Shown here: piece by piece, positions 63,380-64,000 of the stretch
Layout: every line of letters starts with the position of its first letter
Numbering within the stretch: the first letter of the stretch is position 1
NCBI GenBank assembly: GCA_951406725.2
Contig: OX597816.1
Coordinates: forward strand, 126,728,001-126,792,000
From: Octopus vulgaris
Lineage: Eukaryota
DNA length: 64,000 nt
Direction: 5' to 3'
The notes under the pieces: generated by a model
What the model was told of the DNA's origin: nothing
The model's input: only the letters and a program-made list of their open reading frames with translations
Database searches by the model: none
Program-made: the position numbers and the translations under genes

Positions 63380-64000
63380 ATCTGTTGATCACTTACCCTC
63401 TTTCACACATCTCCCCATTCACTTCCACCAGCTCATCTCTCTACCAATCATAACCCCCTCCTTCCATCTCTCAACTCTCTTAAATCATTGCCCTATCATT
63501 TGTATTTCTCATCACACTACTTTGTAGCTCAATCACTTTCCCACTGCCATCTATAGCTCCTTCTCTGCTTCTTTTCCTTTCGCTCACTCTCTTTACCCCA
63601 CAGCTTTTCTGCTATCTCAACACACACACACACACATGCACACACACACATGCACACACACACACACACACACTCTCTCTCTCTCTCGCTCTCCTTTCTC
63701 CTCTCTCTCTCTCTTTCTGTCTTTCCTCTTCCTTACATACTTCTTATGAACCCCACACCTCTATTTTAATGATTCTCTCTGATCCTCACCATTTTCATCT
63801 ATTTTTCTGTTTCTCATATTCCTGTCCTCTCGTACTTCCTTCCCATATTTGCTATTATGTGAGACAACTCCATATTCCCTCTACATAGCCCACCTCACCA
63901 CCCTTATCCCTTTATTCATCTCTTTCTTTCCATACTGCTTCCATCAATAATGTCTACCCTATTGCTCTCTCCAGTACCACACTCTCACAACTATAAATCT
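63380..64000. repeat. pyrimidine-rich low-complexity region with (CA)n(CT)n
   Basis: direct reading. Confidence 0.7.

Overview
AT-rich eukaryotic, repeat-dense intronic or intergenic DNA. The SINE and RTE families and the abundant (TA)n/(CA)n/(ATG)n tracts resemble Octopus (coleoid cephalopod) repeats; this assignment is from recall, not a database search. No host gene can be called with confidence: there are two weak exon candidates near 2.6 and 4.1 kb, and nearly all ORFs in the track are microsatellite or TE read-throughs. Main contents: (1) a young 5'-truncated RTE LINE (42.6-46.7 kb) whose open RT frame carries a C4HC3 PHD-like zinc finger inside the RT domain and whose 3' UTR is amplified into a nested tandem array; (2) a Mag-like Gypsy LTR element (14386-18030) with LTRs, TSD, PBS and PPT but with the RT core and RNase H deleted; (3) a decayed Penelope-like RT plus several dispersed hammerhead-ribozyme-like motifs, including an inverted pair and a CUGUNGA core variant; (4) several tRNA-derived SINE families; (5) remnants and MITEs of Tc1/mariner, pogo, hAT, Kolobok-like and Helitron-like transposons.
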